A stretch of 64,000 nucleotides of DNA from Spirochaetes bacterium GWF1_51_8. Its GTDB lineage: Bacteria > Spirochaetota > Brevinematia > Brevinematales > GWF1-51-8. The position numbers were made by a program, and so were the translations under genes. The DNA is taken from positions 52,300-116,299 of the forward strand of contig MIBE01000006.1 in the NCBI GenBank assembly GCA_001829415.1, given 5' to 3'. Positions within the stretch are counted from its first letter, which is position 1. Each line of letters starts with the position of its first letter. This document shows positions 51,676-60,299 of the stretch, piece after piece. The notes beneath the pieces were generated by a model. The model worked only from the letters and a program-made list of their open reading frames with translations. It did not search any database and had not been told where the DNA came from.

Positions 51676-52948
51676 CGAGCATCCCTTTCGCTTTTAGTTT
51701 CTTAACAATCACGTCTTCGATAATATTCAGCGCTTCGTCCATCACTTCCCGTTCGATCTGCGCGGTCATCGAGAGGCGGAAACGGCGCTCGTGCGCGGGG
51801 ACGGCGGGGAAGTCCACCGGCTGAAGGAACAAGCCTTTCAACTGGAGCTCGGTCGCCAATTCGAACAAGAGTTCTCCGGACGACCCGACGATGATCGGAA
51901 TGACCTGAGATTGGGTACCGCCGAGATTGAGCTTCATCGCCTGGAGCTTATCTTTGAAATACTTGGTGTTTTCCCAGAGCTTATCGCGCAGGGACGAATC
52001 GCGGGTGGCGACTTCGAGCGACTTCATCAACCCGCAGACAATCGCGGGCGAGGGAGCGCAGGAGAAGTTGAACGCCGAGGCGTAACCGCGGAGATACTTC
52101 ACGATCAGCGCGTTCGAGCAGATAAATCCGCCTACGCCGCCGAACGATTTCGACAGTGTCCCGTAGTCCATGCCGACCTTATCTTCGAGACCGAAATGCT
52201 CTCCGACCCCGCGTCCGTTCTTGCCGAACATGAGCGAGGAATGGGCTTCGTCGAGATACAGCGCGACATTCGGGTAGGAACTGTCGATCATCTGGGTAAT
52301 CTCGGGAAGTTTCACAAGGTCTCCGTCCATCGAATAAACCCCTTCGACGGCGAGAAGGGTGCGCTTTCCTTTATGCTCGGAAAGGATCTGATCCAGATGC
52401 TGCATATCGTTATGCTTGAAAAAGATCATTTTCGCGCCGGATAGAATACCGCCGTCAACAAGACTCTTATGAATCTTCTCGTCCATGACTAAAATATCGC
52501 CTTTGCGGAGCAAGCCCTGCAATGCGCCTACATTGCCGCCCAATCCGCTCGAGAAAAGGATACAATCCTCTTTCTTCTTGAAGTCGGCGAGCTTTTTGGC
52601 GAACTGCACGTGGACGTCGAACGTACCGGAAAGCATCGGCGAACCCGATGCGCCCATCCCGTACTTCTTGACCCCGTCGATAACAGCCTGGATAACTTCA
52701 GGATGAGTGGAAAGGCCGAGGTAGTTATACGACGTGAAATTGATCACACGGCGGTCTTTACCGTCGATATTGCTGTGAATTTTCGTCACTGAACGGGGCG
52801 CGTCCAACAGCATCTGATGGAAAAAGCTGAAACCCGCCTGGATTTGAGGGTCCTGTATCCACTCGAGGAAATCCGAAGGGGGAGTTAATACGTTCGGACT
52901 ATCGTTATAGAAAAAGTCCGCTAAACTAAAACTTAATGCGTTTTTCAT
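51668..52948 (-). CDS. alpha-oxoamine synthase family PLP enzyme (serine palmitoyltransferase / CqsA / BioF-like acyl-thioester:amino acid C-acyltransferase)
   Basis: NFTSYNYLGLSTHPEV, AVEGVYSMDGD, DEAHSSLMFG and PLP lysine in GTLSKSFGGVGGF. ATG 52948 (MKNALSF...) lies 16 nt after the ACP stop. Confidence 0.92.
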   Translation of the reverse strand: MKNALSFSLADFFYNDSPNVLTPPSDFLEWIQDPQIQAGFSFFHQMLLDAPRSVTKIHSNIDGKDRRVINFTSYNYLGLSTHPEVIQAVIDGVKKYGMGASGSPMLSGTFDVHVQFAKKLADFKKKEDCILFSSGLGGNVGALQGLLRKGDILVMDEKIHKSLVDGGILSGAKMIFFKHNDMQHLDQILSEHKGKRTLLAVEGVYSMDGDLVKLPEITQMIDSSYPNVALYLDEAHSSLMFGKNGRGVGEHFGLEDKVGMDYGTLSKSFGGVGGFICSNALIVKYLRGYASAFNFSCAPSPAIVCGLMKSLEVATRDSSLRDKLWENTKYFKDKLQAMKLNLGGTQSQVIPIIVGSSGELLFELATELQLKGLFLQPVDFPAVPAHERRFRLSMTAQIEREVMDEALNIIEDVIVKKLKAKGMLGE

Positions 52949-52964
52949 AATTTCTCTTCCGATT

Positions 52965-53207
52965 TTATTTTGCCTGCTCCATGAACTTGTCGGCAAGCTG
53001 GTCGATTGTAGAAATGTCCGCGAGTTCTGACCTAGGGATCTTGATATTCAGTTCGCGCATCGAGGTGGAAACGACTTCGATAATATCGAGGCTGTTGGCA
53101 CCGTAATCCTTCATCGACTTCTTAGGATCGATGTCGGCTTCGTTCAAATCCTCAAGGTTATCGAGGATGTTTTTCTTGATAACCTTAATCACATCTGCTT
53201 TCGTCAT
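52965..53207 (-). CDS. acyl carrier protein
   Basis: 80 aa, GGAGGA SD, phosphopantetheine Ser in DYGANSLDIIEVV. Confidence 0.9.
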   Translation of the reverse strand: MTKADVIKVIKKNILDNLEDLNEADIDPKKSMKDYGANSLDIIEVVSTSMRELNIKIPRSELADISTIDQLADKFMEQAK

Positions 53208-53227
53208 TTTTATTCCTCCAAACTGAT

Positions 53228-54043
53228 TTATTCTTTATTCTGGGTTTCTTTCCATGTCAGGTACTGGGTCATGATATTGTCCTGGAACGGGTAGCCTTTA
53301 TCGACCGTGACGATCTGACCGTTCATCGCATCGAAGAGGCCCGAGCAGAGTCCGAACACGGCCTTTCCGCATTCGTCGGGATTGAGGATCGTTTCCTCGG
53401 GGATACCGCGCTGACGGACGAAGTCGAAGAACGATTCGCCGAAGATATACATAAACGACTCGGTTTTGACCGGGCCGAAACGGATGACGTTGACACGGCT
53501 TCCTTCCTTCTGGAGATGCACCGAGAGGTATTTCCCGAAGAACTCGAGAAGCGCCTTCGACGCCGCGACAAAATCGTAGCCCTTGTAGTAATGCGACGGG
53601 CCGTCGCTGGAAATACCGATCACATGATCGGGGTATTTGCCGAACACCCTTTTGATCTGGCGGGTGTATTCGATCAACGGCCATGTGCTGTAGTCGAGAG
53701 TTTTATAGAGCGAACGTTTCTGGTACTCGTCGAGGTTCTTGGGGCTTTGGGCGAATCCCACGTTACTGATGAAATAATCGATAGCGGTCTCTTTCTCCTT
53801 TACCTGTGCGAGGAGCGCGGCGGTGTCTTCGTCGTTGGAGACGTCGGCCTGGATCAGGACCGGTTTGATCGCGCCGGCGTTCTCGAACTCGGCGAAAAGA
53901 GGAGCATAGTCGTCCGAACCCCACTTGTAGGAGAGGTATGTCCGCGCGCCCGCTTTCGCGAAATACAGCGCAGACGATAGTCCGATACCCTTCGTGCCCC
54001 CAGTGATTAGAACCGCTTTATCCTTCATATCGATCGAAAACAT
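53228..54043 (-). CDS. SDR-family reductase, enoyl-ACP reductase-like (FabI/FabL-type Y-x6-K)
   Basis: Rossmann VLITGGTKGIGLS. The catalytic spacing YDFVAASK (Y-x6-K) is typical of enoyl reductases rather than the Y-x3-K of ketoreductases. Confidence 0.85.
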   Translation of the reverse strand: MFSIDMKDKAVLITGGTKGIGLSSALYFAKAGARTYLSYKWGSDDYAPLFAEFENAGAIKPVLIQADVSNDEDTAALLAQVKEKETAIDYFISNVGFAQSPKNLDEYQKRSLYKTLDYSTWPLIEYTRQIKRVFGKYPDHVIGISSDGPSHYYKGYDFVAASKALLEFFGKYLSVHLQKEGSRVNVIRFGPVKTESFMYIFGESFFDFVRQRGIPEETILNPDECGKAVFGLCSGLFDAMNGQIVTVDKGYPFQDNIMTQYLTWKETQNKE

Positions 54044-54070
54044 ATGTACCCCTATGCAGATGATAGATTT

Positions 54071-54820
54071 CTATTGTCCCGCGTAGAACTCTTCGATTGT
54101 CTTCCGGGTTTCAGGAAAACCGAACGAAAGCTTGTGCATCATGTCTTCCTGGAGCCGGGCATCGACAAGAAGTTTCCTGCGCCTTGCGCTGAGAGTGTAT
54201 TTTAATAGCTGAATAGATTTTATATTCTTTTCCGCGATTTGTAAAGCAATATCACCGGCCTTTTTCATGACATCGGCGCGCGGAACGATGTAATTGATGT
54301 TCGTGCCCATCCCTGCAAGCTCGCTTCCCTTGTAGCGCTTTCCCGTATACATCATCTCGTTCGACACAAACACGCCGAACAGGTCGGGCAGGAGGGTAGT
54401 GCATCCCATCCCGGGAGTGAAACCGAGCGACATGAACACGACGCCGTAACGGCTTTCGCGCGCGGCGATCACGATATCACAGCACGCCGCCATCACCAGC
54501 CCGCCGCCTACGGCATGGCCTTCCATCGCCGCGATCACGGGGACTGTCGAATGCACGAGGCGTTCGGAGATCACGAGGTCCTTGACATGCACGGTGCCGT
54601 CGCAGAGGTCCATCAGGTTCTTCTTTTCGGCGCCCGCCGCGAATACGTCGGACAAGCCGTGCAGGACGATTACCTTCGGATTCATCGACTCGGCCTTTTC
54701 CATACCGGCGACCAGTTCGGCGATGAAGTCGTCGGAAAACACATTCTTCTTCGCCTCGTCGCACATATGCAGGTAAACAATCCCGTGTTCGTCGGCGCGG
54801 ATTTTAATTCTATCGCTCAT
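54071..54820 (-). CDS. crotonase-superfamily enzyme, ECH2 (PksI-like decarboxylase) position
   Basis: Crotonase oxyanion-hole pattern LHGLSDVFAAGAE and IAAMEGHAVGGGLVMAACCDIVIAA. ACGGAG SD lies in the 11-nt gap after the inserted cassette. Confidence 0.88.
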   Translation of the reverse strand: MSDRIKIRADEHGIVYLHMCDEAKKNVFSDDFIAELVAGMEKAESMNPKVIVLHGLSDVFAAGAEKKNLMDLCDGTVHVKDLVISERLVHSTVPVIAAMEGHAVGGGLVMAACCDIVIAARESRYGVVFMSLGFTPGMGCTTLLPDLFGVFVSNEMMYTGKRYKGSELAGMGTNINYIVPRADVMKKAGDIALQIAEKNIKSIQLLKYTLSARRRKLLVDARLQEDMMHKLSFGFPETRKTIEEFYAGQ

Positions 54821-54831
54821 GTTAACTCCGT

Positions 54832-55590
54832 TTAATGATATTCTCTATTGAAAAATGCTACACTATTTGACTGAAAGTCTTGAAAATCGGGAAAGATTTT
54901 GTCCGAAGCGGATTCTAAGCGTCTTCTATCTTTGTTTCTGATCACATCAAAATCACGTAATACGCTTACGCTTCTAAACTGGATATTTCTTTTTTGAAAC
55001 TCCAATAAACAAATGGTAGCGATTTTTGATTTATCCGAGTTGTTTATTCCAAATAAATATATCGGTTTAGATAATGAATTAAAAACATAATCTACCTCAA
55101 GATCGTCCCGCTCGGGAATAGGGAAAACATTTTTCTCAAAAGGAAACTCCGATAGATTATCCTGGATAAATTCTTCCAGCATTTCATAAAACAAATCTTG
55201 TATTATCTCTCGTTTGAAGTATTCCATTGTAGAAACTTTTAAAACAGCCTCAATAAAAGTCATAATGGAATTAAATAGTAATGGTAAATCGCAAATTAGA
55301 TAAATACTCATATTATCTTCATTAACTCTATTTTGCGCAATGATTTTTTTAAAAATTTCTTCCTTTTTTGGCGTATCAATTTCATATGAATAGGAGAGAC
55401 GCATCACAGTCATTCCTAAATCCGAAATTTTTATTTTATTATCCGATAAAGGAATAATATAGACTTCAACAATATCACCATCCTCATAAAAAAAAGGAAT
55501 GATGACCTGATATATACCTTCTCTTCGTTCACGGATAATGAATTGTCCATGGCATTGAGTATTCAGGGCTTTTTCAATTATTTCTCTCAT
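54832..55590 (-). CDS. AT-rich protein resembling DUF1828/DUF1829 proteins (unknown function)
   Basis: ATG 55590 preferred (track TTG 55599). N-terminal YQVIIPFFYEDGDIVEVYIIPLSDNKIKISDLGMTV and C-terminal VDYVFNSLSKPIYLFGINNSDKSK...FRSVSVLRDFD recall the DUF1828 + DUF1829 architecture. This is recognition from memory, not a search. Confidence 0.7.
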   Translation of the reverse strand: MREIIEKALNTQCHGQFIIRERREGIYQVIIPFFYEDGDIVEVYIIPLSDNKIKISDLGMTVMRLSYSYEIDTPKKEEIFKKIIAQNRVNEDNMSIYLICDLPLLFNSIMTFIEAVLKVSTMEYFKREIIQDLFYEMLEEFIQDNLSEFPFEKNVFPIPERDDLEVDYVFNSLSKPIYLFGINNSDKSKIATICLLEFQKRNIQFRSVSVLRDFDVIRNKDRRRLESASDKIFPDFQDFQSNSVAFFNREYH

Positions 55591-55611
55591 ATAAAACAAC
55601 TCTTTTTTACA

Positions 55612-56091
55612 TTAATTAAAAAGCGGTATTTCATCTATGCCGTTCAAACAATTGAAGTATTGTTTCGCCTCAATCATATTTGTAAATTCCAAAAAATATA
55701 ATAAAGCGCTTTCAAAACTAGTATATTTATCGGTCTTTTCAGCGAAATTTTCCGCTTTGTACCCATTTTCTATCGCGTTTTGTGTAGCGATATGAATATG
55801 AAATCCTGAAACAATTGACCCGTCTTCATTTTTATGATCACCGTGGTTTCCATTAAATCGTAATAGAACAATTTGTGCTTCGTTTTTTGGGTGATAGATT
55901 AAACCAATCGAAAAGGCATCGATTAGATTTTTATTCTTTCTCATGAAAACTGAAAACGTATTATCTTTATTATCCGATACAACTAACAATTTATTTCTTA
56001 AATCCTGCCCGCAGTCCTTAAACTCTCTAAGCGGTTTTTCAAGCACATTCTTTTTTTGACGAATAAGGTTTGTTATTTCCTCATTATTCAT
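55612..56091 (-). CDS. AT-rich 159-aa protein of unknown function (His-rich core)
   Basis: ATG 18 nt after the ECH1 stop with AAAGGA upstream. Only salient motif is LLRFNGNHGDHKNEDGSIVSGFHIHIAT. No TM, no signal peptide. Confidence 0.7.
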   Translation of the reverse strand: MNNEEITNLIRQKKNVLEKPLREFKDCGQDLRNKLLVVSDNKDNTFSVFMRKNKNLIDAFSIGLIYHPKNEAQIVLLRFNGNHGDHKNEDGSIVSGFHIHIATQNAIENGYKAENFAEKTDKYTSFESALLYFLEFTNMIEAKQYFNCLNGIDEIPLFN

Positions 56092-56109
56092 TCTTCAATC
56101 CTTTTTCTC

Positions 56110-56922
56110 TTAGTCGATCCGCACGAGCGGATTCGAAAATTTCGCTTTCCCGAACCACGGCGGCGTCGATCCTTCGCTGAACGCTTTTATTCCCTCGAGG
56201 ACGTCGTCCCGCGAGATCAGTTCTATTAATGTTTTCTTGGCGTGGTTGCACGATTCGTCTATTGTCTTGGAGAGGAGTTCACGCGTGAAATGCTTGGTCA
56301 CAGCCACCGCGGAAGGCGCGGTACGGAATAGGCTCTTGATGAGCGCTTTTGCCCCTTTCTCCAGCTCGTCCATCGGGTAGACCTCGTCGATAATCCCGAT
56401 CGACTGCGCATCGAGGGCGTTCAGCCGTTTCGCGGTCATGATGAGATAGCGCGCTTTTTGAGGGGAGATCCGGAGCGAAAACAGGAACGGCAGGACGTTC
56501 GCGGGGATCAGCCCGAGCAGGGCTTCGCTCAGTTCGACCGTGGTGTCGTCCGACGCGATTACTATGTCGCACGCGGATACAAGCCCGGTGCCGCCGGCCT
56601 TGATATCGCCGTAGACTAATGCCACGACCGGTTTAGGAGCCTCAAAGATTTTTAACAGGAGATCGGTGTAGAGACCGACTGCTTCCTCGGCGAGCGTTGT
56701 GTCGCCCCGCGCGTCCAGCAGGAACTGCAAGTCCATCCCGAGGGAAAAGTTTTTCCCGTTTGAACGGAGCAATATGACGCGGATTTCGTCGTGCATGATC
56801 GCGGCATTGAAAGCGTGGGACAATTCGGCGAGGGTTTCATGGTTCAGGCGGTTCCCGTTCGCGGAGTCCGCGAGGGTGATAATTCCCAGACCGTTATCGG
56901 CCAGAAACTCGACTTTTCCCAT
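56110..56922 (-). CDS. crotonase-superfamily enzyme, ECH1 (PksH-like dehydratase) position
   Basis: LLRSNGKNFSLGMDL and VALVYGDIKAGGTGLVSACDIVIAS crotonase motifs. 3-nt gap after the HMGS gene. Confidence 0.88.
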   Translation of the reverse strand: MGKVEFLADNGLGIITLADSANGNRLNHETLAELSHAFNAAIMHDEIRVILLRSNGKNFSLGMDLQFLLDARGDTTLAEEAVGLYTDLLLKIFEAPKPVVALVYGDIKAGGTGLVSACDIVIASDDTTVELSEALLGLIPANVLPFLFSLRISPQKARYLIMTAKRLNALDAQSIGIIDEVYPMDELEKGAKALIKSLFRTAPSAVAVTKHFTRELLSKTIDESCNHAKKTLIELISRDDVLEGIKAFSEGSTPPWFGKAKFSNPLVRID

Positions 56923-56925
56923 TTG

Positions 56926-58155
56926 TTACACCCGTTCGTAGGTCCTGAAAAAGTCCTTGACTTCCTTCAGAACCAGTTTGCCCGATCCTTTATAAAACTT
57001 ATCGTACCAGTTATCCGCTACCGAGAAATCGGGAGTGAAATTCGGATTCTCGATATAGCTTTCGCGGAGATTTTCGATTTTCTCATACTCGGCGACCGAT
57101 ACTTTCCGGCGCGCGTCGAAAGCCTCGTCGATCTTCATCGAGTCGATGGTCTTTCTCGCCTCGGGGCAGACAAGGGCGCTGTAATACTCGCCCATACATC
57201 CCGAGCCGTAGGAGAACAGTCCGATACGGTCGCCCGCTTTGAGGGCGTCGTTCGTCTTGATCACTCCGCAGAGGCCGACAAAGTTGCTGGCGCCGTAGGT
57301 CGAACCCACACGTTTCGCGTAACGGAGCGAGGGTAAAGTCTTGATCTTGAAATGCTCTTCGATCTGGGACTTCTTGCTGATCCCGGCGATCTTGCAGAGC
57401 ACTCTGTGCCCATGGAACGCCATTCCGGGGAAGGGCATATGATAGATGTTGTTGACAAAATACTTATCGAAGTCGATCGTGCCGCCGACCTTGGCGAGAT
57501 AGTCCATATACGCGCCTTCGAGCGCGTCCTGGTAGCTGTAAAGGCTGACTTCGTTATTCCCGACTTCGGCATGCGCGGACGGCCTGAACGTATCGTAGAC
57601 ATTGGTCGTCCACGAACCCTTCTTCTCGATCTCATACTCGATGACCTTCGGGGTGTCGCTGACTAATACCGCGGCCGCTGTTCCGCCGAGGACGAACTCG
57701 TGGTCTTTATTGAAATGCTTCCTGCTGAAGTCGGCGGCGATCACAAGCGCCTTTTTACCGTGGTTCAGCCCCGATGCGATCCAGTTGATCGCGGTATCGA
57801 GAGCGGCGACGCCGCTGTAGCATGCATGCTTCGTTTCATAGGTACGGACATTGGGATTGAGGCCGAGCGCGGCGTGGATATTTGTCGAGATCGGCTTCCC
57901 GAAATCGACGGAACCTTCCGTACCGACAATCAGCATCCCGATATCTTTCTTATCTTCTTCGGATATGATCGGGATCGCGGCGTTCGCGCCCATAGTGACC
58001 GTATCCTCATATGGGGGGTTGAGCGAACGGGTATCGATCATGAAATCGGTGAGGACACGTTCGGGATCGCGGCCGCGCGCCTTCGCGAGGTCGACCTGTT
58101 CCATCGAGAGCGAACACCCGTAGATATTGATTTTCTCTATACCGACTTTCTTCAT
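56926..58155 (-). CDS. HMG-CoA synthase family enzyme (PksG-type HMG-ACP synthase by context)
   Basis: Catalytic triad motifs LIVGTEGSVDFGKP (Glu), ETKHACYSGVAAL (Cys) and NIYHMPFPGM (His), plus FSYGSG. ATG 58155 sits 9 nt after GGAGG. Confidence 0.92.
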   Translation of the reverse strand: MKKVGIEKINIYGCSLSMEQVDLAKARGRDPERVLTDFMIDTRSLNPPYEDTVTMGANAAIPIISEEDKKDIGMLIVGTEGSVDFGKPISTNIHAALGLNPNVRTYETKHACYSGVAALDTAINWIASGLNHGKKALVIAADFSRKHFNKDHEFVLGGTAAAVLVSDTPKVIEYEIEKKGSWTTNVYDTFRPSAHAEVGNNEVSLYSYQDALEGAYMDYLAKVGGTIDFDKYFVNNIYHMPFPGMAFHGHRVLCKIAGISKKSQIEEHFKIKTLPSLRYAKRVGSTYGASNFVGLCGVIKTNDALKAGDRIGLFSYGSGCMGEYYSALVCPEARKTIDSMKIDEAFDARRKVSVAEYEKIENLRESYIENPNFTPDFSVADNWYDKFYKGSGKLVLKEVKDFFRTYERV

Positions 58156-58183
58156 AATAAGCATCCTCCAGAAATTTTTCAGG

Positions 58184-58924
58184 TTACGGGGCGTAAGTCA
58201 ATCCGCCGGATACGCGGATTACCTCGCCGTTTATAAAACTTGCTTCATCGGAACTCAGAAAATAAACAGTACTCGCGATATCCTCGCCCGTACCGACACG
58301 TTTCAACGGACAGTACTGCATCCAGAACTCATGCAGGGGTTTCGCGAGATTGTCCTTCGTCATATCGGTCTCGACATATCCCACCGTGACGACATTGGAC
58401 GTGATGCCCTTAGGGCCGTATTCCTTAGCGAGAGTCTGGGTCATCCCGATCAAACCCGCTTTCGCGGCTGAATAGTTGACCTGTCCCGAACACCCGGCTT
58501 GCGCGAGCGACGAGATATTGATGATCCGTCCGTCGCGGTTCGAGATAAAATGCATGAGGAACATGCGGATGATATAGAAGGGACCCGAAAGGTCGGCCGC
58601 GATCACTTCTTCCCATTCCTCGTTGCTCATAAGAGCCGCGGCGTTATTCCTGACCACGGCGGCGTTGTTCACCACCGCGCGGATATCTCCGAAATCGTCG
58701 AGCGCTTTTTCGACGACCGTTTCCACTTCAGCCGACGACTTGACGTCGAGACGGTAGTAACGGACTTCCGCTTTGGGATTGATCTCTTTAGCGAGTTTAA
58801 CTGTTTCCTTAGCGGCGTCTTCGTTGCCGACATAAGTAAACCCGCAGCCCCATCCTTCCTTAATATATTTCAGGACGATGGCTCTGCCGATACCGCGCGA
58901 GCCTCCAGTCACAAAAGCGTTCAT
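58184..58924 (-). CDS. 3-oxoacyl-ACP reductase (FabG-like SDR)
   Basis: FVTGGSRGIGRA, NNAAVV and YSAAKAG (Y-x3-K). 246 aa. 3-nt gap after the KS gene. Confidence 0.92.
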   Translation of the reverse strand: MNAFVTGGSRGIGRAIVLKYIKEGWGCGFTYVGNEDAAKETVKLAKEINPKAEVRYYRLDVKSSAEVETVVEKALDDFGDIRAVVNNAAVVRNNAAALMSNEEWEEVIAADLSGPFYIIRMFLMHFISNRDGRIINISSLAQAGCSGQVNYSAAKAGLIGMTQTLAKEYGPKGITSNVVTVGYVETDMTKDNLAKPLHEFWMQYCPLKRVGTGEDIASTVYFLSSDEASFINGEVIRVSGGLTYAP

Positions 58925-58927
58925 AGT

Positions 58928-60217
58928 CTATCCTTCATATTTTTTTATCAGGGAACAGCAGTTGAGGCCGCCGAAACCGAACGAGTTCTTGATGAAGATG
59001 TTTACCGGGTAATCGACGGGGCCGTCCTTGCAGACATCGAGATCGATCGAGGGATCGAGTTCGTCTATGTTGATAGTCTGGTGAAGCCTGCCGTGGTTCA
59101 TCTGGAGCACCGCGCCGACCAATTCGACCAGCGGAGCCGCCCAGCAGGTGTGACCCATCAATGACTTGGGAGCGTTTACTTTCATCTTGTATGCATGCGC
59201 TCCGAACGCCTTCTTGATAGCGGCGAGCTCGGTGTCGTCGCCGAGCGGGGTTCCGGTAGCATGACAACTGATAAAATCGACTTGTTCGGGACGGATGCCG
59301 CCCATCTTCATGAGGTTGAGCATCAGCGCCGATTGCGCGTCCGCGGACGGCTGGGGCAGATGGTTCGCGTTGGCGTTCGCGGCCACACCGAGTATCTCGG
59401 CGTAAATCTTCGCGCCGCGCGCTTTCGCGTGATCGAGATCTTCTATCACGACCGTCGCCGCGCCGTGCGAGGCGATGAAACCGGATCGTTTTATATCGAA
59501 CGGGCGCGAGGCCTTCTCGGGGCACTCGAGCCATTGCGGGTCGACCACGAGCGCGCTCAGGTAACCCATCGCGTGAACATCGGATTCGTTCATATCCCAT
59601 ATCGGGCCGGAGATGACCGAAGCGTCGCATTCGCCGGTAACGATATCGCGGAAACCGTCACGCAGGGCGATATTCCCGCTCGCGCATGCCGCGCCGAGGT
59701 TGTACGCCGGGCCCTGGATACCGAGCACTTCGCTGATCGTGCCGGGGATGTTCGGGTCGAGCGCCTCGATACCGTAAAGCGGATCGATATATTCCGGTTC
59801 CTTATCGAATTGGTGAATCTGTTCCATCACATACTTGGTGTTGAAATTGTGCCCGCCGACCATGGCGCTGATCCGGTACGGGTCAAAATCCTTACCGAAC
59901 AACCCGGCGTCGATAAACGCCTCGAGAGCGGTGATGACCGCGGACTTGTTTGAAAAGGTCATATTGCGGTAGAGCTTGCGGATTTTCTTGTACTGCTCTT
60001 CGCTGAGAAACGGTTTTTTACGTTCGAGCGCGGCGGCAAAATCGTAGTCGCCGAGGTCGCCCCCGAGTTTGCACTCGACCTTCGATACGTCGATCGAATG
60101 CCATTTCTTGACACCGGATTTTCCGGCCATCATGCTTTCATAATATCCTTCAAGGGTGTCGCCTATCGGATTGATAGTCGCCATTCCCGTAATCACAACG
60201 CGTTTAAGATTTGCCAT
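58928..60217 (-). CDS. beta-ketoacyl synthase (KS, Cys-His-His intact)
   Basis: LGAACASGNIAL (Cys), ISCHATGTPLGD (His), KSLMGHTCWAAP (His), NSFGFGGLNCCSLI. ATG 60217 with AAGAGGGA upstream is preferred, because ATG 60250 would lie only ~20 nt from the -10 box. Confidence 0.92.
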   Translation of the reverse strand: MANLKRVVITGMATINPIGDTLEGYYESMMAGKSGVKKWHSIDVSKVECKLGGDLGDYDFAAALERKKPFLSEEQYKKIRKLYRNMTFSNKSAVITALEAFIDAGLFGKDFDPYRISAMVGGHNFNTKYVMEQIHQFDKEPEYIDPLYGIEALDPNIPGTISEVLGIQGPAYNLGAACASGNIALRDGFRDIVTGECDASVISGPIWDMNESDVHAMGYLSALVVDPQWLECPEKASRPFDIKRSGFIASHGAATVVIEDLDHAKARGAKIYAEILGVAANANANHLPQPSADAQSALMLNLMKMGGIRPEQVDFISCHATGTPLGDDTELAAIKKAFGAHAYKMKVNAPKSLMGHTCWAAPLVELVGAVLQMNHGRLHQTINIDELDPSIDLDVCKDGPVDYPVNIFIKNSFGFGGLNCCSLIKKYEG

Positions 60218-60270
60218 CCCCAAGTCCCTCTTGTTTATTGTAAGTAACATATCTCTATTCTAACTCTAAT

Positions 60271-60299
60271 ATAATAATGGCAACCCCTATTTTTGTCAA
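60271..60299 (-). promoter_or_regulatory. near-consensus sigma70 promoter of the KS-...-DH operon
   Basis: Minus strand TTGACA (60299-60294) - 17 nt - TATTAT (60276-60271). Confidence 0.6.

Noticed and set aside
56926-58155. HMG-CoA synthase interpreted as a mevalonate-pathway gene
   Set aside because: No HMG-CoA reductase, mevalonate kinase or thiolase is nearby. Instead it is flanked by KS, KR, two crotonases and an ACP, which is the signature of a beta-branching cassette. This still needs phylogenetic confirmation.
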